This document shows positions 31,770-44,689 of a stretch of DNA of 64,000 nucleotides, one piece after another (within the stretch, counting starts at the first letter, position 1; each line of letters opens with the position of its first letter). Source of the DNA: the human T2T-CHM13v2.0 reference genome, Homo sapiens. The stretch lies in assembly GCF_009914755.1 (NCBI RefSeq), contig NC_060939.1; one strand, 5' to 3'. The position numbers were made by a program, and so were the translations under genes. The notes under the pieces are model-generated. The model saw only the letters and a program-made list of their open reading frames with translations. It made no database searches and was not told the origin of the DNA.

Positions 31770-32520
31770 TCATAAATAAATAGGGAGAAGAGACAAATCT
31801 TCTCAAGTAATATGTGTAGATATCTTAGTCTTTCACCTCCAGCCACCCAGCATGAGCTGTAGCTAGTGACTCACTTCCAAAAGTAAAGTATGAAAAGGGA
31901 AACATGGTAACTTTACAGTGGAGAAATCTGGCAAACACCCCCCCTTAACCAAATGATCAAAGCTAACATCATCAGTGGTGCCATGTGGCTGTCAGTTACC
32001 CCCGGATGTGATATCAGAAGGGAACATGACTTCAATGTATTCTTCTACCCCCAAAAAATCCCTAACCCCTCCCAAGAGGGAGGGAGTGTGTTCCCAGAAG
32101 ACCACTGTATCTGGTCTTCCTATAATGAGAAAATACATCAGACAAACCCAAATGGATAGACAGTCTACAAAATACCTGACCAGTGTTCTTCAAAAATGTT
32201 CAGGGAATGAAAGTCAGAGAAAGACTCACAAACTGCAGCAGATTAGAACAGACAAAGGAGACACAGCGACTAAATGCCATGTGGGACCCAAAATTGGATC
32301 CTGGAGCAGAAACAGGACATTAGTTGAGAAACTGGTGAGATCTGAATAGCATTAGTCATGTACCCATGTTGGTTTTATAATTTGACAAAGGTGCCTTGGT
32401 AATGTGAGATAACACGGGACACACACTGGATGAAGGGGTATACAGAATTATCTGTACCATCTTGGCGGCTCTTCTGTAAATCTAAAAGGATTCCAAAATA
32501 AAACAAGCTTATTTAAAAAA
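31770..32520 (+). mobile_element. L1MC/MD-class 3'UTR
   Basis: aactttacagtggagaaatctggcaaacacc, catcagacaaacccaaat, ttctgtaaatctaaaa...ccaaaataaaa. Confidence 0.85.
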
Positions 32521-32887
32521 TTTACATTTGCATTTTCTCTTTTCAAGATTGTGAACCAATGAAGTTAGGACTTTGTTTAGCCTGATTTTCTTTATCTAGA
32601 GCTTTACATATGATGAAAAACCTGCTGTCGCTGCTGCAAAACAGAGTTCTCCCTTCTCCCCTCAGTCTGACAACCAGAAAACAAAAAGGCAAGAGGCCAG
32701 CACCAACAGTCAGAGCAAGAGGGAGGGAGTGTGTTCCCAGAAGACCACTGTATCTGCGCTCCCTGGCTACTAGGGTGCCACCATAGTCACAGCTGCTGTT
32801 TTTGAAGGTAGTGATGAAAGGGGTCACTCCAAGACCTCAAGCTGCTGCCATCTCTCTCAATAGCACGGACTGCTGGTAACTGCACCA

Positions 32888-33487
32888 TGATGAGCAAGAT
32901 TCATACCAATGGGCTGGGGGAAATCCCCAAACGCTGGTGGGACCTCGACCCCAGCCAGGGTCCAGGCTCTTCACACTGTCATGAGAATTAATTTAAGGAT
33001 AAGTTGCAAAATAGTGAAAGCACAGAGATTTATTGCAAAGAGAAAAGTACATACTCAAGAAAAGGGAGTGCAGGTATACTCAAGAGAGAGTTGAGCACAA
33101 GGGGGTTTGGGCCTGCTACATTTATGGGTTTCTTTAAACAAGGGGTGGAATATTCATGAAAATTCCTGGAAAAAAGTGGAGATTTCTCAGAACTGTGGTG
33201 CCACCCATTTTTACACCAAATATGGGTGTTCTTGGAACTGTCATGGTGCTGGTGGGTGTGTGATTTGTATGTTGATAAGCATATAATGAGGTCCTAAGTG
33301 AAACCTAGGTCAAATCCAGTGCCATGTTGTATCCAGTTGGTCTTAGCCAGCTTGGTCCACACCCTGTTTTTCAGGGCCTTACCAGCTCATACCTTCTGCA
33401 GTTATTTCACCAGTTTCCTTTTGCTGGTCATTCCAGCTGAAATTGCTGCCTGGAATTTTTTATTCTCCTGCAACTGCCCTGTCTTAA
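32888..33487 (-). mobile_element. ERV1 solo LTR, MER41-related
   Basis: minus strand carries cacccaccagcaccatgacagtt and catgaatattccaccccttgttta blocks shared with MER41 LTRs; AATAAA on the minus strand near 33030. Confidence 0.75.
33163..33237. promoter_or_regulatory. three GAS (TTCN3GAA) motifs and a CArG box within the LTR
   Basis: TTCCTGGAA 33163-33171, TTCTCAGAA 33184-33192, CCAAATATGG 33216-33225, TTCTTGGAA 33229-33237; binding not shown. Confidence 0.5.
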
Positions 33488-33804
33488 GATGGCAGCAACA
33501 TCTTCCACAACTGCATTTTTAGATCCTGTTGTTTTTAGCAGAATTTCTTGGAACAATCATACGAGTTATGTGAATAATATTAAAATGATAAAGATGCTGT
33601 AAACCACGGAGAATCAATAACTTCTTTCAAAGGATTCCAATCCACAAGGAGAGAGGGAAACAAAAAGATTTTTATCACTGAGCCAAATTTTCTGACCCAC
33701 AGTTCAAAGACGTACCTCCATCTCCAGCTAAGGCAGACTGTGCAGAATTTTTGAGTCGGTGGAAAGATTTTGCTTCTCTTCCCTCCATCCTTCAGGACCA
33801 TAAT

Positions 33805-34079
33805 CAAATGTTAAAGCCCTAACCCTCCATGTGACTATATTAAAGATGGAGACTTTGCAGAGGTGGTGCAGAGGTGGTTCAGGTTAAGCCCTCTCTCCAC
33901 CATGTAAAGACACAGAGAGAAGGCAACTGTCTACAGGCCAGGAAGAGAGGCCGCACCAGAAACAGACCCGGCTGGACCTTGATCTGGGACTTTTAGACTC
34001 CACAACTGTGAGAAATACATTTCCATTGTTTAAGCCAGTCTATGGTCATTTGTTATGGTGACCCAAGCAGACCAAGACA
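33805..34079 (+). mobile_element. MLT1A-like LTR
   Basis: accttgatctgggactt...aactgtgagaaata...ttgtttaagcca...gcagaccaagaca. Confidence 0.85.
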
Positions 34080-36227
34080 GCTTTTCTCCCTTCTGCTTTT
34101 CCTTTTATCACAAGAAGGGAAGAATATTACAGGCAAAATTCTGAACAAAGCTGTCATCAACAAAGAGCCTCCATCAATTTTAATCCCAAAGTGGCTGCTG
34201 TGTAAGCAACAAGGAGAGTGATAGGGCAGGAGAGAGAAAGAGATACATCACCTTTCCTAGGTGACACTCAACTCCCTGTCACAAAGGCAAAGCTCAGCTG
34301 GTCAGAACTTAAAATTACCAATGACGATGATGATGGAAAAAATTGGTGTTTAGAGTTTCTTTCCCCTTTTTAAGACACTACTAATGGAACGACCTGGAGT
34401 TTCTTCTTGAGTCCTTTAAATGCATCTGGAAGTGAACTCACAAAATTTCCCCATGCTTTTCCCCACTGTAGAGGTCTCTCAAGGCTCTTGTTGGGAATCG
34501 CATGAGGTAATGGATGCAAAAGTGTTTTGTAAAATACAAAGCATTCCATGCATGCCAGCTATTATTGGAAGGAAGCAGAAGGATGAATTTAAATCCCAAG
34601 ATCCCCTGAAAAATGTGTGAAAGGTGCCCCCATTTGGATTGTCATCTTTACCGTGCATTTACAGACCATTTAGCAATTTCTCCAAGTGCTTACTCCCGTT
34701 CCCTCGGTGACATCCTTGCCCTGTGCTGGGGAGGGCAGAGAAAGGCTGACTCTCCCAAGCCTGGCCCAGTGGACAGCAGCAGGGCCTGCGGAGGAAGGGG
34801 CTTGGTTGCTAGGAGACCAGCAAAAGTGGGCAGCCAGTTCCCAAGCAGGTTAGAATCCGGCGAGGAAGGATTTTAAAAGCCTATTTCCGTCTGCTTCTGC
34901 TAGAATTGAAATTCTCTTCAGGGTCCAGCCACCAGTGATACAATCTGCTTACATTACTGGTATTGAGAGGCCCTTGAAAGGGATCTATCTGGCCATTTCT
35001 TGTGTCTCCCTCCCACAGTGCCTAGAAAAGGCAGGCACTTAAAACAAAATGAAACAAAAAAAAAAAAAAAAAAGAGGAGTTGATGGAGTCTGTAGCAGAA
35101 GCAGAGAAGTGACAGCAAGAATTAACCCAAGCACATCTGATCATGACCCTTAGACCCCCAAAGAGGAAATAATTGTGCTCAATCTATGTTAAATTACAGT
35201 GCACCTTCCATAGCTTCTGAGTACATCAAGGCAGGTGGCTGGATAGAACTGAAAGTATTTTTTCAAGCCCTCAAGAGGTGTGTCAAGCGGGTCTTTTCCT
35301 CTGGAGTTTATCTTCACAGACGCAACCTGACATGTGCTTCTGGGCTAATTGGATGAGGTCGACACTGCATTTAAGTTTTCCCTTTGAGGATTATGAAAAT
35401 GTGATTTTCAAATAAGAATTATTTGTTTGGTTTTGTTTTCCCAAAGCATGCAGTACACCCAAGAAATCAAATGCTTTTTCGAACCCCCTGAGCCCTCAGC
35501 AAGATATACTGACACTTACAACTGCCTAGAACACAGTATTGAACTCAGGAGGAATCAGCTGGAAAAACAGTGGAATAATAGGTGCATTTAGAGTCATTTA
35601 TGGGCTGAGGCTTGACAGTCTTCATGCCTTGTTACTGCTGCAGCATTGAGAGCAAAGCGGCGGTGCTGATTCATCAGGAAGAAAGAAGCTCGCAGGTCAT
35701 AGGAAAATAAACTATCTCGGAAGAGGCTCCAGTGTCCTCAGCAGACATGCTTTATTTGGTTAAAGCATAATGTGTAATGGCAAAATGGAAGAACAATTTC
35801 AGTATTTACAGGGAAACCCTGGCTTCTAGCCTGCTTTTATAGGCAGTTGGAGGTGGGGGTGGGGGGACTCCAAGGGGATGCAGTAATTGGTTGAGAAAAG
35901 AACAATTCAGGAAAATAGAGGACACACATAGGCTAGTGCCTGTCTCATGAAGATGAAGATGAAGGCAGACCTGAAAACACAGAAAAATGTGTCTTGAGAA
36001 AAACTAAAACCCCTTCATTGGCAAATGGTAGGGCGTGTGAGGACCACAATGGTGAGCTGATGCAGGGAATTGCAGCAAGGTGGGGAGATGAAAGACCATG
36101 ATCCTGTGCATGCAAATGAGAAATAACTGAATGTCACATATGCCTCTGCATCTAATTCACTGAGTGAAATGGGCAAGCTCTAAAGCTGTTTCCCCCTAAT
36201 AAGTGCTTTGCACATGGTGACTATTTT

Positions 36228-36420
36228 GGTGAGTGGAACGATCGTGAACTTTGGGGTCACACAGACCTGGGTTTAAATCCTGGCTCTGCCAGGGACCTTG
36301 GGCAGTGTCGGAGAAGACATTTAATTTTCTGAGTCTCCGTTTTCTCATCTGTAACACAAGGTGGTAATGATGCCTGTGATGGCTTCCTCCAGTGCAGAAG
36401 TTCTGTGAAACAGCCCAGCC
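36228..36420 (+). mobile_element. MIR
   Basis: acagacctgggtttaaatcctggctctgcca...ctgagtctccgttttctcatctgtaa. Confidence 0.8.
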
Positions 36421-37931
36421 CCACCTGCCTTCTTACCCTCTGTGTTCCCACTCTAGATTCAGATACCTGGGAGTGAGGGTGGTCTGAGTGGGGACTGTGA
36501 TTGAAGGGGTAGGGCCCCATTATTCATAGCTTTTCCTGGAATCACAGATTGTGAGGAAGTGGCATTTCTCCAAAAGGAGAGATGCCTGGCAGACAAAAAC
36601 ATGATCCAAACAAAACAGCTTGAAAGGAATTTTTGAACCTTAAATTGAACACGAGGCAAAACTACTGCTTCAGAAGTTTGTGATAAAGTGGTGGTAGCTT
36701 TGCAATTTCAAAGAAGCATCACTTTGGGATTTGGATTACCCTGGCAGTATCGTCCGCATCTCCTAAGAGGAGAACCAGGGACTTGTCATCAGATGGTTTC
36801 TCATAGCCAGGGCCACCTACATATTTAAATATCCCCACTGCCCCTGGGTTCCAAAGGGCAAACTTAATGCCATTTGCCAGGCATTGGAACCCATAGGGTC
36901 AAGATTCCCTGAAAGACCCCTTCTCCTCCTTCCTGTATGAATGAATGTGATTCTGTAGGCCTGGTTCCTCACCTCAAAGATTCAGCTTTGGAAACAGCAG
37001 ATAAGTAAGTAAAAGCAGGTACCAGCTCTCAACAAATGCTGCATTCAGGCCTGGTTAGCAGGTGGGGCCTCCGCTCATTTGTTTTTTCATTTTGGATAAA
37101 TTTTTGGGGGGTCTTTTCCCCTTTCAAACAACACCAGGACCCCAGCAGGAGCAGTTGAGGTTAGGCAGGAAGGCACCAGGGGCTAGGGCTGGGGTAAGAC
37201 TCTCAATGAGAACCAAAGAAGGGGCAGCTCCCTGGCTTTCTGCTCCCTGGTGGGGCGGTCTGTATGATTGCTGGTCATCTGAGCACCAGGAGAGGAGCAG
37301 CCCAAGAGGTCCCCCAGGAGAGAAGGCATCTGCTGGCCCAGGTGCAGGTTATTATGGCAGCAGTCCAAGTCTTTCTGCCTCCAGCCTCTCAAGCTAGACA
37401 TAACCTGGCCATCTGACCAGCAGCCAGAGGTGCTTCTGGGAAGAGTCTCATTTGTTGGTCCCTCTCCCCTTTCCCAGCATGGATCTTACTAACCCCCAAC
37501 AGGTGAACAGGTGCCAGGCCTGGAAAGGGCCTAGTTGAGGTTGGGTGGGGAAGATGCAGTCCTGCTTTCACATCCCAGAGGCTGAGACCTGGGCAGGTGG
37601 GGAGAAAAGGAGCACCAGCTCTGCTTCCAGCAACTGGCAGCCACGTGGATTCTCTGCTTGTACTGCAGGAATCCAGGAACACCCGCCACACCTGAAGCAC
37701 CCTTTTAAGGAAAGTGGCCCAAACCAGTTCTTTCTTGCGTCAGTTGCTATTGCTTATGCTATGTTTTGAGCGAAACCAACTTGGTGCCCTCACCATAACT
37801 GGCTTCACCAGACATGGATGCCAAGCCAAAGGCAGCCACCTAGGAACTGGACATGACAACTGCATCTGAGACAGTGTAGCATAAAATCTGCCCCATAAGG
37901 GCCCTTCATATCAGAAGGTAGCAAATCCACC

Positions 37932-38641
<710 letters not shown>

Positions 38642-38941
38642 TCCAATTTATTTCTCTTTTTAGGGGAGTTAAGGACGAGGTTAGGATCACTCATAGTCTC
38701 CTTGGAAGGACTGGAATCTAGGCAGAGTCCAACTGAGGAGATAATGTCCCATATGACCCTGTACTCTTAACTATCCTGGAAATCCATCCTCATCCCGAGA
38801 GAGCCTCATCACCTTTTGCTCAAAACCTTATGGAGCCAGGTTAATACACAGGAAGCTCCTGAGGAGCAAGACCAAGAATGTAGGCCTTGGGTGTGCACCT
38901 GGGCTGTGCTGGGTCAGGTAGAAGCCAAGAGAACTAAACGG

Positions 38942-38970
38942 TTTTGTCACCCAGAGTCTGGGTGACAAAA
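38942..38970. repeat. perfect inverted repeat, 14-bp arms with 1-nt spacer
   Basis: TTTTGTCACCCAGA-G-TCTGGGTGACAAAA. Confidence 0.95.
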
Positions 38971-39275
38971 TCTCAGGCCCTGGTGGGGAAGATGAGGCAC
39001 TTTAGGAGACAGAAACAAGAGAAAGTAAAAGAATAAAAACGTGTATTTGTGTTTATGAGAAACATCAAATATTAATGGGGCTCTAACTAGACTTACAGAC
39101 TAGGAGCAAGCAATCATGTCAAGTGGCAGGGTCCATGGAGAGTGGATGCCATCCTGGGGGTGGGGGAGGCTGGGGCCCTGGAAGTATCCCTCGGGTGTAA
39201 TTCCTGTATTGGTGTGAGGTGAATAGTTCCTGGTGAGGACAAGGCTTGCCCCAGTGATGTTGTAGATTCTAATTC

Positions 39276-39581
39276 TTTTTTTTTTTTTTTTTTTTTTTTT
39301 TGAGAAAGGGACTTGCTCTGTTGCCCAGGCTGGAGTGCAGTGGTGCATTCTGCTGACTGCAACCTCTGCCCCCTGGGCTGAAATGATCCTCCCACCTCAG
39401 CCTCCAGAGTAGCTAGGACTACAGGCATGCACCACCACGCCCGGCTAGTTTTTGTATTTTTAGTAGAGACGGGGTTTTGCCATGTTGCTCAGGCTGGTCG
39501 TGAATTCCTGGGCTCAAGTGATCCTCCCATCTCAGCCTCCCAAAGTGCTGAGATTATAGGCATGAGCCACTGTGCCCACCC
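39276..39581 (-). mobile_element. AluJ-like
   Basis: antisense dimer; TSD AGATTC(T/C)AATTCTT. Confidence 0.95.
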
Positions 39582-40298
39582 CAGATTCCAATTCTTAAAG
39601 CTGAATATTACCTAATGACTTCCTTTTTGTTCTTCTTGATAAAAGTAAAATTAGATTTCTTTTTCCATAATTGGCTCGCAAAATGATTAAGCCAGGTATT
39701 TAGGCAGACTGTTATTCCCTCTTTCCTGCAGTTGTTGATAAGCATATTTTAAAAGTGTTTGAGGAAAATATTGATATTTTGTTTCTCCACAAAGGTTATG
39801 TTACTGTCACTCTGGATTTTTCTGGAGAGATGGGAATCCAGGGAAAGGAGATAAACTTGAGCCACCCTTTCAAATAAGTCCTGGCAACTGTGTAAAGAAG
39901 TTAAAAGTGTGGCAGGTGGTCAGGCAGGGCACAGAAGAGGCTCCTTGTGTTCTCACGCTCCAACACGTGGTCTGCAGTATTGCTTTCTTCTCTTTGATTT
40001 GATTTGATGTGACTTGATTTGATGGTCTTGCCTTGCTCAGCTGAGAAGAGGCCAGCATGAGAAAGGAGGGGGGTGTGGGAGAGGCACACTGTCCTGAAAG
40101 CAGTGGGATCCAGGGGACCGGCTCTATTGCTCAGTGGGGAGTTTGTCCTTTCCCTTCTTGCATTGCTTGAGGGCTTGGCCAGGGCTTTGGGGAGGAGGGG
40201 GACAAAGGGTAAGAGTGAAGCTGGTTTGCAATGGGCTGTGAGAGTCCTAGCTCTAGTAGCAGCCCAGCAGAAGCATAGAAACCTTGCCAACAGCCAGA

Positions 40299-40608
40299 TT
40301 TATCTATTTACTTATTTATTTTTTGAGATGGGGTCTCTCTCTGTCACCCAGGCTGGAGTGCAGTAGTGCTATCACAGCTCACTGCAGCCTCAACCTCCCT
40401 GGCTAAAACAATCCTCCCACCTCAGCCTCCCGAGTAGCTGGAACTACAGGTGTGTGCCACCACACCTAGAGAATTTTTGTTTTTTTTTTGTAGAGATGGG
40501 GTTTTGCCATGTTGCCCAGGCTGGTCGCAAACTCCTGAGCTCAAGCAAGCCTCTTGCCTCGGCCTCGCAAAGTACTGGGATAGCAGGTGTGAGCCACTGT
40601 GCCCAGCC
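40299..40608 (-). mobile_element. AluJ
   Basis: acagctcactgcagcctcaacc diagnostic; TSD approx. GC(C/T)AGATTTAT. Confidence 0.95.
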
Positions 40609-41869
40609 CGCTAGATTTATTTTTGTTCTGCCCTCCCAGAAAACTAGGATGCTTAGAACTCACCAGTGGTCCTGCAGACAAGAGGTATTAGTATGGGCTC
40701 AGCCTTGCACCAACGGGGCTGGTTGGGCGAGCACCTGAACACCCACTAGGGCAAGGAGAGGGGCAGCCTGCAACAGATAGAATAGGGATGTGACATAGGG
40801 TTTCTTGACAAGCTTTCTAAGATCGTATCCCTAGAGCCTTCCTCAGGAAGGAAAACAAATATGATCCCACTTATTTGTGAGACTTCCCAAGAGATTGTCG
40901 TGTGGTGGTAAGAAAACAATTTCAGATATGTAAATAGGCTTCATAGGGGAATAGAAATTTTCAATAAGAGAACATTAATTCTCGATTCTGATTAGTTTAG
41001 ACATATCCTCTGCTTAGAGAGAAATAGGTAGGTTGACAAGATGATCTCTTGAGAATTTTCTCAGATCTGTGATACTATATTTTCTCTGGGCTGGGTAATA
41101 TTCCAATTGTACTACTTGAATTTATGATAAAGGAAATGAGTGACAAGTATCTTTTTATTATGCGTTCTGCACAAATATGTGTGCATGCTGTATTATAAGT
41201 CTGCTTGCCTCCACATTTATTTTTCACTCCAGTTTGACATTGTGACTATGCATTTTGAATGACCTAAATAAAGATAGTTTTAGAAGAGTTGCCTGTATTT
41301 CTGTATAGCCTTGGAAGAATGACCTCTTTAACAACACCAATTCCTTCAGCAGTGATTCATTTGAGCTCCCAATGGGCTGCACCAGTTCTGTGTGTTACAA
41401 GGGTATGTGAAAGGCTGAATGTAGGGCTGTTTAAATCAGAGTTTGTTAGAGGAGTGTTGGGGAAGCTGCAGGGCCAGGGGAGCAGTCATCAAAATCCGGA
41501 AGGCAGCCGCAGCACGTCACACCCGGGCACCAGAAGCCAGGGAACTCAGAGCCCATCTGCCTGGATGCCACCACAGCTGCTCGGTCTTTCATATGAGAAC
41601 CAGATTTTGCATTTGAGGGAAATGGATGAAAGCATCTTGTTCATTTGTCTTAAACTTCCAATGAGCATATAAAACACACAGGAAACTAGCAAGAGGCAAT
41701 ATGCACAGAAACTAGCAGGAGGACAGCACCACGAGAAGAAGAAACAGCGAAGCAGAAGGCCTAGAGTAGAGAAAGGGAGTGAAGAGTTTGCACTACAGTG
41801 AAGTTAGCTAAAAAGGGTAAGGTGTGTACAAATCAAAAGAGTAAAGAAGGAAAAGAAAGTTATTCCAGA

Positions 41870-43010
41870 TAGGATGGTGTAGTACAAAGAGCCTAGAGTC
41901 GCAGTAAAAAGGCTTGGCCTCAGTTCACCAATCACTGGCAGTTTTATCTGGGAAGCATTGCTTTACCTCTTCTCTAGTTTTCAGCTGTAAAAAGAAAAGG
42001 AAAGAGAAAAGCAACCAACCCTGAGTGCCTTCCCTGTGCACACACATTACATATGTAACCTCTCTTAATCCTTAGTTCAACCATGCGTGGGAAGTATTAT
42101 TGACCCCCAGTTTACTGATGAGAACTTGGAGGCATAAAGAAAAAGGCAACCTACCTAAGGAAGCTTAAAGAGAGTAAATGGTCTGCCCAAGTTCACGTGG
42201 CTGGTATATTGCAAAGTGGAAGTTTGAACCCAGATCAATCTGGTCTAGCTCCCAGTTTTTCCCACCATAAAATGTACTCGCCCCTCTTTATCACAGAAAC
42301 GAGAGTTTAAAGGGCATAGGGTATATGAACGAAAGCATTTTGACAATTGTGAAAAGCAAAATAGATGTAAAGAATTCTTATTATTTAAAGTCAAATCTCT
42401 CTAGACAAGCCCACGATGAGATAGTGGAAAACTGTGGTTCAGAGAAATGTGCTCACTTGCCAAGTCAGTGACACTACTTCCCAGATCACCAACAGTAATA
42501 AAGTGAGTTAATGACTGAATAAAGCTTTTAATGGTGGGTTGGGCTACATGACCTCTAAGGTCCTGCCGAGTCAGTATTTCTGAGAATCAGGAATTTTATC
42601 AAAGCAGTAAGAATGTAGCTCTGCGCTGGATCTGACCTCAGAGAAAACTGTAATGTCAGCAAGTTGCTTCCTTTTTGTCTCTCATTTCATGTCTCTGTTC
42701 TTTCCCCCACTTTCAACCCCCTTGCCAGGCAGTCATCACTCTCGAGGCTATCTTTAGGTTTTGTGTGCCACAGAGGTGAGGAATTCGATAAACATATGCA
42801 GACTAAGGGAGAAAAAGGCTACATTTGACTATTGGCTGCAGCCCTGGAAGGGTGTGTGATCTGGGGGCTTATCATTGAGCCTCCCTGAATCCTGGATTGC
42901 TCATCTATAACATGAGAAAACCTACTCATAGAGAGTGTTGTAGGAATTAATCAATGTAACATGTAAAGCGCCTACCACACAATTCAAACTATTTCGTGTT
43001 AGTTTCCTTC
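41870..43010. mobile_element. cluster of MIR fragments in both orientations
   Basis: e.g. ttttactgatgag-like core with tgcccaagttcac...tttgaacccagatc (42020-42270, minus) and ctcatctataa...cctactcatag (42820-43000, plus). Confidence 0.6.
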
Positions 43011-44388
43011 AGTCTTCCAGATGCAGTGACTGTTAGCAGAATCTGATATCCCTCTAAGAGGTGTCTACATATACGAACAATGATACCTGGAGAAGGCAAT
43101 TCTGTACAGAGTAATAACCAGTCCTATGGTGGATTTGTTTCTTGCGGTGAGGCATCTGAGTGGAAGAGATAAATTGAGGGGAAAGGAGAGGGGAGTTGTA
43201 TAGATGGGACTTCCTGGGCTTCTCCCAGTTTACTCCCTAATCTAGCCATTCCATAGCATTGTAGTTACATGACCAACCTAGGTACAACAAAGTCAGAATA
43301 TTTCCTTACTTAACTTGATACAATTTCAATTACTTAAAATGACTTTTTCTTGTATCAGAGAAGCTTAAAGAACGGTTGTTGCATGTGGACAATCAGGTAA
43401 ACCTGACAAAGTGCCGTATATAAGAAAATAATTCCAGGGACCCAGACGGTGTTTGTCCAGAAATGGGCCATCTACAGTTACAATAAAATATTGAAGAGTT
43501 TAACAAACACTGATCTGGGCGGAGGAGGAGTTTGGAGAGGATGCCTCTCAGTGCTTCCTTCCAAAAGGGTACTGGTCAGAAAGTTTACAGTCTGACTGCG
43601 AAAGCCTGGATTTCTTTGGAGTCAAGTAATCACTTATGTACTGTATTTACTTCTAATAAGCTGGAGCTGTTAAAGAAACTGAGACTTTCTTTTCACAGCT
43701 GTAGAGTACAGGGATTTTTGTCTCTTTTGTTTACTGCATATTTCCGGTGTCTATAATAGAGCCAGGCAATAGACATATGTAAAACAAGTGAATTGTGAAG
43801 GTGATACTTCCAAGAAGTAGCTCTTCAGAACCACTCTAGATACACTTTAGCAGGCAGTTGGCTAACAAATTCTTAGAAATACAGTAAATGTGGTATGATA
43901 TCTATTTTTTTTAAGCTTAGGGATACTTAAATGTTACTGCCAAGTATTCATATGTGTGACACAGAGCCTTCTCTTACAGCCTTTGCCTTTTGTTAATAAA
44001 CAATAAATAATTCCTTGGAAGCATTTGCCCTTCATGGGTAATTGGAGAAATGTTTACTTTGGTGATGGGATGAGAAAGATGTGACCTTTTAACTGTTATT
44101 CAACTAGTAGGTGAGGGAAAAATTATAAACCAGAGAAGATAATATTCTGGAAAGCTTTCAAAAAATAAAAGACCAATGCGGTTCAATGCAGTACCAAAGT
44201 TTTCTCGTTTCCAGCTCTTTTTGGCAAAAATTCTTCTTAGTCAAAAAAGAGGAAATTATTAAAAGAATTCATGAGGTATTCTTAGATATCAAGTAGTGCT
44301 TTTAAAGTATATTGTTAGGTTGAAAGGAATAAAAATCATAATTAAATGTCCTTTGAAACCCATATGTATTTTTAAGAATAGATGACAA

Positions 44389-44689
44389 GGCTGGGCACAG
44401 TGGTGCATGCCTGTAATCCCAGCACTTTGGGAAGCCGAAGTAGGAATGTTGCTTGAGCCCAGGAGTTTGAGACCAGCCTGGCCAACGTGGCAAAAACCCA
44501 TCGCTACAAAAAAATGCAAAAATTACCTGGACGTAGTGGTGGGCGCCTCTAGTCCCAGCTACTCTGGAGGCTGAGGTGGGAGGATCACTTGAACCTGGAG
44601 ACTCAGCCTGCAGTGAACTGAGATCGCGGTACTGTGTTCCAGCCCTGGTGACAAAGTAAGACCCTGTCTCAAAAAGAAAAAAAAAAAAA
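44389..44689 (+). mobile_element. AluJ
   Basis: gcttgagcccaggagttt; TSD approx. AAGA(A/T)TAG..GACAA. Confidence 0.95.

Noticed and set aside
35040-35073. Poly(A) tract as a processed-pseudogene tail
   Set aside because: Upstream sequence resembles an L2 3' end; no ORF remnant or TSD.
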